From: Phallusia mammillata
Lineage: Eukaryota
Assembly: GCA_965637545.1 (NCBI GenBank)
Contig: OZ281495.1
Location: forward strand, 24,304,001-24,368,000
DNA length: 64,000 bases
Direction of reading: 5' to 3'
Shown here in pieces: positions 21,401 through 33,800 of this stretch. The notes under the pieces are model-generated. The model had not been told where the DNA came from. It made no database searches and saw nothing but the letters and a program-made list of their open reading frames with translations. The position numbers were made by a program, and so were the translations under genes. The first letter of the stretch is position 1; every line of letters starts with the position of its first letter.

Positions 21401-24400
21401 GTAATTATCATACTTTTGCCAGCGTATTGGTAAATGTAACCTATTTTATTAGCACTACTGAGACATCAACAACACTCCATGTTTTATATGCGTGTCTTTG
21501 CTAAGGAGAGACGAGTAACGTTTTATGTTTAAACTAGTACAGTCTTAATAATATTAACTTACCTATCATTTTGAAGGCAGATATACCAGTTCATACAAAT
21601 GAGCTTTTTAAAACACAAAAGTCCCCCCAAAAAACTAATCACATAGCAACAGAGTAGCAGAACGAGTCGTTAAAGGTGATTTGTGTTTTGTTCATAAAGA
21701 TCATCCTCCATCCGACCTACACAAACCTGAGAAATGACATTGCTCTCATCCGAGTGTCACAGCGTTTTAACTACGGCACCTATGTAAAACCAATCTGTCT
21801 GCCAAACGGTGAAACACCTAAGCCAGGAGACAGATGTTTTGCTACGGGATACGGAACCACCTGTAAGTTATCGTCATTTACCAGTCGTTATAGGTTAGAC
21901 AGTTTTTAAGGTAATTTTGCTCCTTTTTAGCATATCGAGGAGCACTGGCGGTTCAGCTTCAGGAGGTCATGCTTCCTGTGGTGGACTATGCAACATGTAA
22001 CAAATCTTACAATGGGACAAAATATACAGTTAACCCCAACACCATGATCTGTGCCGGGTATGCGGAAGGCGGAAAAGACGCATGTCAAGGTAAATACAAA
22101 TCAAATATTGGTTTCAAACGCCAAATCATTGCCAGCCACGCACTGTTTTGACTTGAGTTATAAAGCTATATCTGTTTTGCGCCACATTTTGCACATAGTA
22201 AACCAACCACCATACTTTTCATGTGTTGTGTAGAATTTTATTCAATACTGTTCTTTTGTAGGTGACTCTGGTGGACCGTACGTATGCCAACGTTGCAAGA
22301 AATGTGATTGGTACTTGGCTGGAATCACATCGTTCGGCATCGGGTGCGCCGATGCTGGACGCTACGGCGTCTTCACCAACGTTGAGAACTTCGAAAAATG
22401 GATTGAGCAGCAAATTGGATACACAGTTACAAAAAACAATGCGGTCTGCGACGAGTCAAGTAAGTGAAATATATAACAAAGTGATATCCTTAACACACCG
22501 TTTACCAAGAGACCAAAACAGATCATCCGCGCACTTCTCGCACATATGGTGAAAGATGAAATGAAATGTTTTTAGTTAATGGTTCCCTTATCGTTTTTTT
22601 TTTAACCATACCTGTTTCCGCAGCTTGGTCTCCATGGCAAGATTGGTCGGATTGCACAGAATTATGTGACACTGGTTCAAGAACAAGATTCAGGACGTGC
22701 AGTGGTACTAGATGCCGCGGATCCAATGCCGAAACTGAACCCTGCAACACCCACACTTGTTCGGAAGGACGTAAGTTTGATTCGTCATTTATTGTAACTA
22801 CAAGGGTTGTTGAAATTAAATTATCAACGATATGGACTCACAACCACCACACCCCACCTATTTGCCTGTTACTGCAAATACAAGGCTTATCAGTTTATAA
22901 ACAAGTAAATGTTGCTTAGTGGTACCACTCAAATCTTAAACTATTTACAGTACTATTACATACAATAAGTGTTTAACATTTAACATCGCATACAGGTTGG
23001 GAAGATTGGGCACCATGGTCGCAATGCTCACAAACATGTGGCAGCGCAAGTCGAAGCAGATTGAGATCTTGTATTGGCGGAATTGTTGGCCAGCCTGAAT
23101 GCATAGGTTCATCTTCCGAAAGCGAAGTAAGATTCGTTTTCGTATGTCTGGTGTGTTTCTCGAGGAAATTTAACATTGTGTTTTTACAGCTATGTGGACC
23201 TGAGAAATGCCCAAGATGGGGACCTTGGAGTGATTACTCGCCTTGCACGCTTACATGCGGCACCGAGGGCCTCAAATCGCGGAGTAGAGCTTGTGAATAC
23301 GGAACGCCCGGACAAGATGGCTGCAAGGGAGTAACATCAGAAACAAGAGGATGTAACATGAGTGAGTTTCATTATTCTGTATTAACACATCATCAAATGT
23401 TGGCTGGCGTAAACGTTGTGCAGTAGTTTTTAAACAAATAGCCATTATCATTTTTGTGTAGAAACCTGCCCTAGCTGGTCTTCTTACTCATACGAAAAGT
23501 GCAGCGTCACTTGTGGCACCGGAACACAAAAGGGAACTAGAACATGTTTGAATGGAAACGTCGGCGATATTGGATGTGAAGGAAAAACACAACGAACCAA
23601 AAGCTGCACACCAGCTACTTGTCCAAGTACGTTTAACTTTAATCCACCACAGTTCAACTTTGAAAGGCTTGACACAATTGCATCAAATGGCAAAACAAAT
23701 GTATGAAGATTGTTACCTACAAACCAACTAAAATTTCGTGAATGAAATTCAAGATTTTGCCAATTGCCGTTTTGATGTGATTGTTGATTTTTTCGTTGGT
23801 AAGTACGTATTTAGAAAAAAAGAACCAACGGTCAATATATTGTACTCGCGCGGTTGGTGATAATTATTTGTACACAGCGTTAAAGACGAATTTCATTTCA
23901 TAGTTTCTGTTTGCAATATTTTTGGACGAATTTCCTTCAAGTTTTATTGCCCTTAACTTATTTAAATGGTCTTTTCATTAAATGGTGTAGATGAGTGGAC
24001 AAACTGGTCAAAATGCAGCATGACTTGTGGTGGAGGAACTAGAACACGCAGCAGAGGAGCCGAAAGCGAATCAGAGGTAATCTCAAAAAACCCTTAATAC
24101 AAAAATTATAAAAAGTGAATAATCAACCGAACAGGCTCACTTTGCCACAAAATACAAACCATTTGACCTGTTTCAGAACGCGACCGTGTGAGTTGCTGAT
24201 AAAACGTTGGAGACAACGCGGTGTATTTGACTAGCTGTTTTAAAGCACTTACGCGAACACTGTCTTAAACCCATTTCATTTGTTTGAAAAAAAGTTACCA
24301 AAAATCATATAAAAAGAGGTTTTTCTCAGGCATGCGAAACCGGCGAATGTCCACAATGGGGACGATGGGGAATATGGAACGCGTGCTCGAAGACGTGCGG

Positions 24401-26538
24401 AGGTGGAACGCAGCGAAGCGAAAGAGCTTGCGAGAATGGAAACATTGGCGACATCGGCTGCGAAGGAAAATCAGCGAGAACTCGAAAATGTTCAGAAGGT
24501 CTGAACTATCTTTTTAGCCATTTTGTGCGAATGGAGATTTTACCACTTGTTTCTGTACAAATTTGCAGAAAGCTGTCCAGTATGGGGTCCATGGGGTGTG
24601 TGGAATGACTGTTCAAAGACATGTGGAAATGGTACAAGAACGTCTAGCAGGGCCTGCATCAATGGGACTGTTGGTCAAATCGGCTGCACTGGCTCAACGA
24701 CAAAAAGCGAATCTTGCAATGAACGTAAGAAACGGATCACTTGCTTTGTAAAACTCAATTGCCCAATAAACCATAATGTTTACAGAATTGTGTCCGATTT
24801 GGAGCAATTGGTCGAAGTTCGGATCTTGTAATGTCACATGCGGAGGTGGAATTAAGGTTTCGACCAGACAATGCGAGAATGGTAACGTTGGTCAGGATGG
24901 TTGTATTGGCAAAACAAGGCGGACCAGAGTGTGTGCCGAATCGATTTGCCCAGGTAAAGATTAGGATCAAAAGCAAATTAAAAAATGCCCCTAATATACA
25001 TATCGGCGCTAGTACCGTTTTTATCCAGAATAACTGGCAAAAAAACTTGGTGTTTTGGTTTTTAAGTGTTCAGCCAATGGGCGGAATACGGTCCCTGCGA
25101 CGAATCTTGCGGACCAGGCAAAAAAACTCGAACAAGGACCTGCCCGCATGTTGGTCTCTGCCCAGCTGACGAACACGGCGTAGTCCTTAGCCAACAGGCG
25201 GACTGCAATTTGGGAGAATGCCAATGGAACGCGTGGGGTCCTTACGGAGATTGTTCGAAGACTTGCGGAACAGGAGAAAAGACTCGAACTCGGTGAGTCA
25301 AACATTACCAGCAAACGTTCGTCATGACCAACGTGAAACAAAAACGGCATTTAAAAAAGGCCAAAAATTTGACTTGACCTGAATAAAACAAATTTTATGG
25401 GGTATTACGTGAAGTACAGCACTTCGTCTTTTCCTAAGTTTATTTTATTTTTCTCTGGCGGAGACAAGGTTTAAAAAAAATTATTTAACAAAATAATTGT
25501 CATCAACCTACTTGTTTCATTTTAGCGCTAGGTTACTATTCCGGCCGATTTTGGACGTTGGTGACTTCAAATCGGGCCAACTAGTTGAAACCTGATAATT
25601 ATCTCCACGCTGACAAAAACTTTAGCAATTCACAAACGCATTTGAGAAAACAGCCTACCTTTGCATAGTGATATCATGTCTTGGCATACCAGTCAATGTT
25701 TAAACTAATAGTTGGGACTATGAGAATAATTACTGGGCCGATCTCGATATATTTGTAAACAATAAAGAAGAAACACCCTAAATTTATGAAACTCCTGGAC
25801 TGTACATCAACAAGTATAGTAAAAGTTCACTTCTTTGGGCCTGTGAAGCTGCTTCAGTTTTTGCAGTGACATACCTAATCATAATTTTTGCTAATTCACA
25901 GGACCTGTAGTGCCGGCGCCGGAAAGTGCTTTGGATCAAGTGAAAACACAACGTCTTGCACACTCGCGGCATGTCCAGCCGACAAGTGCAGCAACGAAGT
26001 AAACGTGGATACACAAGAAGCGTGTACCTTATATACGAGGGCCGGATATTGCGTTCAGTTTGCGCCTTACATGGCCCTAAACTGCGCCTTGGAATGCTGC
26101 AGAGAGAGAAACGGTAAGAGAGATAGTATTTGATTGGGCACACTTTCTATTCCACGCACTTATTAAAAAACATTTTATATGACCTGAATTAATTATTTCT
26201 TTTTTGGGGTAGACTCCAAAAGGTATATAATTGTAGAGTACAGAATTTTTTAGAGATACGTCCAATACTTGCAAACCCAGTTAGAAAATCTCAACCGTAT
26301 ATATTATGTATACATGATGTCAAAGGCTACCCAACCTACCCTTCAAATCGCAGCGTTTTGCTAGATACAGTTCGCCATCATGACATAGGCTACGTATTCT
26401 ATATTTCCAGGAATCGTCGCACCACAGCCCTGCCTAGACACCGTCCCAAGCGTATGTCTGATTTATATCAACCTTTGTCCGACAAACAACGCTTACATGA
26501 ACTCAAACTGCCGCAAAACATGCAAATTTTGCGAATAG
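18405..26538 (+). CDS. Secreted modular trypsin-like serine protease 2: SP-ShKT-EGF-cbEGF-S1 protease-~10 TSP1-2 ShKT (multi-exon)
   Basis: Exon 1 18405-18433 (MAKTSQQIV), signal peptide exon 18542-18600, ShKT-like CKDCYTWC..CSKTC, EGF exons 19030-19137 and ~19210-19368, 20129-20211 (GR-IVGG..WPWQ), TAGHC (20965-), NDIAL (21700-), GKDACQ/GDSGG (22262-), TSP1 exons 22624-25980. Last exon 26411-26538 ends CRKTCKFCE-TAG; AATAAA at 26880. Confidence 0.9.
19418..19895 (+). mobile_element. Young non-autonomous element with 110-bp perfect direct repeats (period 355 bp), a 14-bp 5' inversion and an internal tRNA-like module (Penelope-like architecture)
   Basis: 19431-19540 is identical to 19786-19895. 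19418-19431 (TGAAGGCGCTATAC) is the reverse complement of 19777-19790. Absent from the equivalent intron of paralog 3. Homologs at 13201-14160 and 31105-31277. Confidence 0.85.
19643..19716 (+). tRNA. tRNA-like cloverleaf (anticodon loop CCGGAAA, nominal GGA) inside a repeat element; probably not a translational tRNA
   Basis: Acceptor GCCTGTG/CGCAGGC, D-arm GCTC-AGTTGGTA-GAGC, anticodon stem GAGTC/GACTC, T-arm GTGGG-TTCGAAT-CCCAC. Intact A and B boxes, T-run immediately downstream. Atypical C33, one extra nt at position 26 and a short variable loop. Confidence 0.6.
20362..20688. mobile_element. hAT/Buster(Charlie)-type MITE
   Basis: TIR CAGGGGTTCTTAACC / GGTTAAGAAACACTG; perfect TSD GTGTAGAA. 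Confidence 0.9.
20697..20742 (-). ncRNA. Minimal type I hammerhead ribozyme (minus-strand copy)
   Basis: Minus strand reads TATAAC-CTGATGA-T-GACAA-TATAGCAC-TTGTC-GAAA-CGTC-GTTATG: core CUGAUGA/GAAA, 5-bp stem II, 6-bp stem I, GUC cleavage triplet, loop-less palindromic ACGU stem III. Confidence 0.75.
20770..20813 (+). ncRNA. Minimal type I hammerhead ribozyme (plus-strand copy)
   Basis: TATAAC-CTGATGA(20776-82)-T-GACAA-TAGCAC-TTATC-GAAA(20800-03)-CGTC-GTTATG; one mismatch in stem II. Confidence 0.7.
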
Positions 26539-28336
26539 TCAACCTGCTTTTTGGGTTTGGTGTTTTGTATCGTCGTTCGGAATTGACATTTACCCGCTCT
26601 CGCAGCATGTTTGCTGCAAACATTTTTGTTCCGACATGAAATTATGTTCTTTATTGTCTCGTTTACCCGCGTTTAACACACAATACAGCCCAGGCACAAA
26701 TACACACAAAAGCGGAAAAATATCAGGCTAAATTGATTTTCGATGATATATATTAGTTTGCGTTTTTTTTTTTGGACGCCGAGCTTTTATCCTTAAAAAT
26801 ACTAATTAAATATCAATGACAATATTGTTTCACCGGCAAAAAATATCTGTGCTTTTATTTTTACCGCCCAAAGCATGTGAATAAACAGTTTTTCAGAGAC
26901 GTTTTGTCTGCTTTGTAGAGAGATTTGAAGACAGTTTTTTAAGCGGCTTGTAAGCTATACGTGGCCCTCGCGCGTCATTGATATTATCCGAAGTTGTAAA
27001 CTGGCCTGAAATTGGAGCTCGAAACCGGCCCAAAGCCAAATCGTTTTTAAGAAGCCCGTTCATGCCCGAAAGTTTGATTGACAGGCCTATACATTAAAGC
27101 AGTGGTTCTTAACCTTTTTATAACGGCCGAACCCCTACGATATTCTTCAGCCTTTGGTCGAACCCCAAAGCTACATCCTAAGTGTTTAACCCATTTTGTT
27201 TGGTGGGTCATAATTAGTTTTTCTTCAAACGTAGTGGCGATAGTTACTGTTTGTCCTTTTTTTAAATCTGACTTAATACAAGTAACTTGTTTCATGATTG
27301 CTTTAATTCCGGAAATTTTTAGCATCTGCACACAAACTTGAAAAAGATGAAGTAATAAGTTTTTGCTGCCAACAAAATTTCGTTGTGTTTCTGCATTCGA
27401 ACAACGCGAACAATGCTCTTTGTTACGTCAAAAAAATAAAATAAAACCTTACTGCAGGGGTACACAACCATTTTGATAAGACGGCCGCATCGCAGAATCT
27501 TATTTCACCAACGGCCTTCCCTGAAGGGGACACATATTGTTTTTGTCTATATTTTTTTTCTTTCTAACGCGGATTTGTTCCCACGTTTTGGTCAAGAAAG
27601 AATGGTTCAAACTTTTTCAAATTTACACACATTATAGATATTGGTCTAAAGATGGTCCATGTGAATTTTGACCCCGTTTGATCCCTCGGTTTACCCACAG
27701 CCCCCAAAACGTGAAGTTTTTAAAACGGCTATACTTGCTAAAGTACTTCATTTAGGAGTTATATGCTTTGTTGTTTGGTGCAATATAAGGTATTTTAAAG
27801 AATTTTGTACCTTAAAAAAATATTTACCCATTTTCTCCCCTTAAAAACACCAAAATATTCGTTTCTGTCTAACGCTGGTTTGTTAAATGCGTTTGGTCAA
27901 AAAAGAGTGCTTTAAATGTATTCAAATTTGCACAGATGTTAGTTATTGTTTCGAATTTGATCCTCCTGAAGTTTGGCCCCAAACGACCCAGAAGTTCACC
28001 CACAGGCCCCCGAAACGAAAAAAAATTAAAACGGCTGTACTGACCCAAGTACATAATCTGAGGGTTTCATGCTTTGTTGGTTGGTGCAATGTAAGCTATT
28101 CTAAAGAATTTTGTAACTTTTTATTGGATTCACCCATGTTTACCCCTTAAACCCCAAAATAATAAGTTTTAGGCCAGAAACACAAGCCCTAATGTGCTGA
28201 AATGTTAAACAATTGTTTGCAGTAGGTTATTTGTTTAGTATTTAAAAATTCGCCTTAATCGGCCAAATAGTTACTTCTACAGCCCATAATATGTGTACAC
28301 TGTCAGTGAGATAGAAGTCTCAAATCTCAAGGTAGT

Positions 28337-28434
28337 AATTCACTTGTTTACGCTTAAGACGGGTGAATACAGCGGGAGTGCTCAGAATTCACTTGTTTAC
28401 GCTTAAGGCGGGTGAATGCAGCGGGAGTGCTCAG
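28337..28434 (+). repeat. Two tandem copies of a ~49-bp unit
   Basis: AATTCACTTGTTTACGCTTAAG(A/G)CGGGTGAAT(A/G)CAGCGGGAGTGCTCAG x2. Confidence 0.85.
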
Positions 28435-28821
28435 CTTGACGCCCGGACGACCGTTTTACGAGACAGTCGTGTTGGTGATTAGAAATCAGCTGTTTTTGCG
28501 CAGCCATGCTATGTCGTTTTATCAAGTTATCAAGCTCATTTTCAGTTTTGGAAAATTGTGTTTAAAAACTGACCTTGAACGACAATATCAAGGTCAAAGC
28601 ATGAGATTAAATTGAAAGTATTTTTCCTGTTCTTATTTACCGTTTTTTTGTAATTATATGACAATAACGATGCAAAAAGAATACGGACAAACCTTTTAAA
28701 GTTGGGTTAAGGCTAAAGTTGGTTAAGTTTTTCCTTAAGAATCTAAAAATAACCAGGATGTTTGTTTACCATAAATCCGCACAAACGGATTTTGCTTGCA
28801 AAAACAATCATATGTGTAGAT

Positions 28822-29139
28822 CAGTGGTTCCCAACCTTTCGTGGACCATGGCCCCCTTAAAGTAACTTTGGGCCTCGTGGCCCCCTTCAAGTTACCATGT
28901 AGGACCTGTGGCCCCCTTTAAATGTAGATAGCAATGTCGCGTTGGAATGCGGTATTGTTTTTGGCCTTAAATATATAGTAAATGAGCGTGATAAACCTCA
29001 CTATAAACAAATAGTATGTGAAATAGTCGATTAAATTCGGGAATAAAGTTAAAGTGAAAATGACTTTTAGTGGGTGTTTCTTGTGAATATACGTCCGTGG
29101 CCCCCCTGGGGGGCCATGGGCCCTGGTTGGGAACCACTG
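28822..29139. mobile_element. hAT/Buster-type MITE
   Basis: TIR CAGTGGTTCCCAACC / GGTTGGGAACCACTG; perfect TSD GTGTAGAT; internal GTGGCCCCC motifs. Confidence 0.92.
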
Positions 29140-30826
29140 GTGTAGATCAAATGATGTGTATCGTAAATTGGTAAATATCTAACAATGATTGTGGCCTATT
29201 TTTACTGTTACCAAATCGCATATGCATATGTGTGGGGACCCATTAGATTATGCTTGCAGAAACAATTATGCTATAAAGTGCCAGGAAAAAGATAGGGACC
29301 CAATGCCAAATATATATCCATTATAAATATAGTAAATGGTATATGTGATACATCGTTAAATATGATGTAGTTTATATAAACTGGCAATATATAGGAAAAC
29401 CACTATTCTAGTTTTTGTTTTAAAATACTTTTTAAATACGGTTTATATCATGTATTAACCATCTAATAGCGCCCAAAAAGCCCAGATTAATTTTTAGCTC
29501 GGTGCACAGATTGTGCTGCACAGCGAGGAGATCAGTCTGAAGTGTTTATGGTGTCATAATATATATTTTGATGCTTGTGGGACCTGTTTTGTTCGCATTG
29601 TTGGCACACAATAGGCGTACAAAACGTCTGACACTAGGTTGGTAATACTCATTTTAGTACCACAAAAACTGTTTAGAGCAGTTTAATACACCCCTGCCTA
29701 AGTTTTAACCTGCCGTTTTAAGCGACTATAGAAGTTGGACAAAAACGAGTATTTGTATTGTACTTCAAAAAGACCTTCGTCGAACCCCTGATTCAGCGTT
29801 GCCGAACACCTGGGGTTCGATCGAACCCCGGTTAAGAACCACTGCATTAAAGCCTCAGAAAAGACCGGCACAATAAGGGTAGTTTGGCAATAGATCAGGT
29901 CCAGCAACTAGCTACTTATCCAGTAAAATTTATTCAAAAAAATACTGACACAGAGTGTAAAACCAACCCGTTTTTTAAAGAAACCTAATCCCGAACCCAG
30001 CACGGAAAGCCCGGTCCGACTTACAACTCTGATCCGGCCCGCTGTGAAAAAAAGTTTGGTGACCCCTGGCCTTTTTTACCTAATTTTACGATTAGCTTTA
30101 ACATTATACCATGATTGCAATGACTACCAACATCTAATGGTCCCGATTTCCCAATGAAGGCACTTGTTCGACCAAATATTAAGACATTTTACTTTGGAAA
30201 CGAATACGCGAAATGCTTAAAACGATAGCCTTTGGAATTGACTTTGAGTCAATGCTGTGCAAAAAAATTAACCACTTTGTTTTAACCAAATTGTAGAAAA
30301 CAACCTTAAAGCTGGTATAGATTACTTTCAGTAAACATAGTAGATTACCAAAATAAAGACCGTTTATCAGAAGCTGCGTCAACTCTAATGCTTTAGCATA
30401 AACCTGGCTTGTTAAAGAAAATATTAGATCTGTTCGTGTACAAGGATTCTTTTTGTCCATGTCGTAGCTGATGGTCGCCCATTCCTGAATTAGACGCTTA
30501 TGTCGGAATATATGCAAAAATGTCGGAATAAATGCAAAGTCGAAACGCAGTAAAAATGTACGGTTATTTAGTTAAAACGCAGTAATATGCACGGTTATTT
30601 AGTCAACTAGTAGCCGCGGGGATAATGTGACGTTCTAGTGATTCTATTTAGGAAGATGGTTGAAACTGCGTCACAAATCTGCGTTGCCTCGGGTGAGCTT
30701 CCTTCCCGGCCGAAAAATGCAAATAATTGGCAATATATATTATCTTAGCAGGATTTGTTATGCGTTGTCGTTGGAGATTGTAGGTGTCCAGTGGATCAGG
30801 AAACATACTCTGATTAATGAGAGAAA

Positions 30827-33800
30827 ATGACACATACAAGTCAACAAAATGTATTGTAAGTATCTATGTAACTTTGTGGCGGCCATTCATATGTTAAACC
30901 TCTTGAAACATTATAGGCATGATTGCAGAGATGTTGTTTTATTTTAATTTAGAGTTTTCTTTCTGCTTTTGGGCTTCGTTTTCCTGCATGCAAGTGGCCA
31001 ATGCCTGCCCGGTAAGTTTCATTTCTCAACACCAACCTGGATATTTGATGATTTGAAAATCGTAAAAAAACCAAAGGCTCTTGTTAAGCATTCCCACTTT
31101 TCATGTATTTTTATAGCCAGTGCATTGCCACATGTGGGGCTTGGTGACGGTCTGGCTCTGCACAACGCCTTCAATAGATCTGACATACTATGATTTGTAT
31201 ATGAGTGTGTCGTGATCGCTGGTCTGCACATGCCCTTCAGGACTGATCCCAGCACTAATTTATTGTTTATGTAACTGATTTCATGTGATGCTTATCTGCA
31301 GGAGAACTGGGATGCAAAGATTGTTATACGTGGTGCAAAGATTACAAATATCTTTGCGACCAAGCGATTGTTGGAAAACATTGTCCTGAGACATGTGGCA
31401 CAGCCAAATCCTGTAGACTCGCCGGTAAGTGGTAAAATTCACGTAATAAGTTAAATAACAAAAAACTGTATATTTCTCTCCGTGAAGAGCTGTTGGTGTA
31501 CAAGGAAATTCAAAATATTTTTTTCCCATTTTTAGGGAAAACTTTGCGGCATAAACGGTAAGGTTTTTTTATGTATGATTTATGCGTTTTCAGAGTGCGC
31601 AAACTGTGAGCAAAAATGTACGGTCAATCCAACTACAAACACTGCCAAATGCGATTGCTTCGAAGGCTATTCTCTCGCAAGTGACGGCCAAACGTGCAAT
31701 GGTGGGTTACATGACGAACATCACCAGTTATAAAATAATGTTATTCAGAATTAATTTCAATTTTTCAAAAATATTTATGTTGAGATATCGATGAATGTTT
31801 GATACCCGGCATCTGCAAAAACGTGGAAGGTAAACCTTTTAAAATATGCCACAATTTCAACGGTTCATACACCTGTTATGCTTGCTGGGAAACAAATATG
31901 AGAAGTTATTACAAGAAAGACGGTTGCTGCAAACTTACAGAAGGTAAGATGAATTCCTCTCAATAATTTCGCTGTTTTATTTGCTTGTGCATACAAGTTA
32001 TGTCATATATTTGTGCGATTTCCTTTTTACTATTTTTTACTGATGGTAGTAATCGAAAATGCCTACAAGAGTGTTCTAACAAAAACCGTTAGGTGGAATA
32101 ACAATTTTGCATAGAACCAGATTCCCTAAGCTGTGGAAGGCCTTCAATACCTCCGAGAGGAGATTACACAAAAATTGGAAAATGGCCTTGGCAGGTAACA
32201 GTAACGTATTTCATGTTTTTAAAACCGATTACAGGCCTGCACAAAGCATATTTTTACAAAAAGCATGGTATATACATGATTGTTATTAAACTATTCGTGT
32301 GAGCAACAGCCATTTTGTTTGCAATGTAAATCAGGCTTTAATATCCCATAGGTGTACGTTGTGGTCAAAAGCCAGGTTTGTGGCGGAAGCATTATCAACG
32401 AAAACTGGATCGTGACTGCTGGTCACTGTGTCGTGTGAGTAAACATTGTTTTGTTGGTACTATTTCTGCACGGTTTAATGTTGTAATAAAAAATAAAGTC
32501 CAATTTGAAATGAAATCAGCCCTACCGTAACAGTTTTCCGGTGATAACTGTTATCTACAGCAATATGATTCAAAACCCAGTGTATAAAACCCTAGGCCAA
32601 ACAGTTGCACTGTACAGCTTGTTTTACCATTTTATCGCTTTTATAACAGTGTTATATTCTCTCACAGGAACCGAAAATGCCAAAAACATTTGGTGAAATA
32701 TAAGCTTATTTTCTGTGAAAATACTTTGTACAGAACGGTTAATTCTGTTTGGCCTAGGTTTTTATACATTTGGTTTTGGATGATGTTGAAACTAAGCAAC
32801 GCTTACTTTTCAGCAAAATTAACTGAAATAAAAAAATTTGACAAAGGGAACTTTTTCGACTCAATGTTCCCAAAAATAAATAATTCGTACAAATAGGGTG
32901 TAGTAGGCTATTCGTCTGCTACCATATTTTAAAAGGCGCTACGCTATTCGTACACAACTTTGTTTTAAACTTCAGTGGCATCGGACAGCAAGACTACCGC
33001 CTATTGACTGTCGTCGCTGGAGTTGGTGAAACTGCCGATCGAACAAGTATTCACCAGCAAACCCGCGATATTGCTGAGGTAATTGTATTTACGCGAACAT
33101 GTTTACCAATATAACTTATTTGGGAGCGAAACAGTTTTTGTAAGTCACACGCCGTTGGCACAATCCTTTATATCAGTGATTCTCAACCTGCATGTGGTAT
33201 GCGTGCGACGGAGCTTTTCAGGTGGTGCGGGAGCCGCTTTCTGCTATACCTAAATCAAGTTAGACCATAAAATGTAACTGAACTAATCCAACTAATCAGT
33301 CCTGGTTTTGGGTAAAACTCGGGTCTTGGACTATCTTTTGGAACTGTTAACTTTGCTGACTTTTAAAATAGGCTGTCCTAGTCAAGAAGAATATGCCTAC
33401 ATATTTTGATCTACCCTTTCAACAGGATTTGGGGGTTACGCAGCTACAAAAAATGCGTCAGGTGGTACGCGATTAGATATGTGTAGCCTACAGCTTTATG
33501 GTTAGGATGGGGGTGGCCTAGGATGGGCCAAGAAAAGCAATCTTGATAAGTTTGAATTACCGTTGTGTTTCAAATATGCAATTAATAGATACTGATCAGC
33601 ATTATCAATTTTTTTGATAAAAATGCAAAAGTGCTTCTAAGAGATGAAGCGTTTCTGGTCGGTGATTACTAGAAAATTACCGACTTTGTTTTGTTTCAAA
33701 AGATTATCCTCCATCCCTCTTACACGAATCAGACGAACGACATAGCCCTCATCCGAGTGTCACGGCGTTTTTACTCCGGCACCTTTGTAAAACCAATCTG

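Larger units (their letters stand above)
27100..29844. mobile_element. hAT/Buster-type element enlarged by nested insertions
   Basis: Perfect TIR CAGTGGTTCTTAACC / GGTTAAGAACCACTG and perfect TSD CATTAAAG, 2.7 kb apart; no transposase ORF inside. Confidence 0.9.
26988..30031. mobile_element. hAT MITE family B copy split by nested insertions
   Basis: Left end CCGAAGTTGTAAACTGGCC, right end GGTCCGACTTACAACTCTG; both halves resemble the reverse complement of 13355-13754. Confidence 0.6.
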
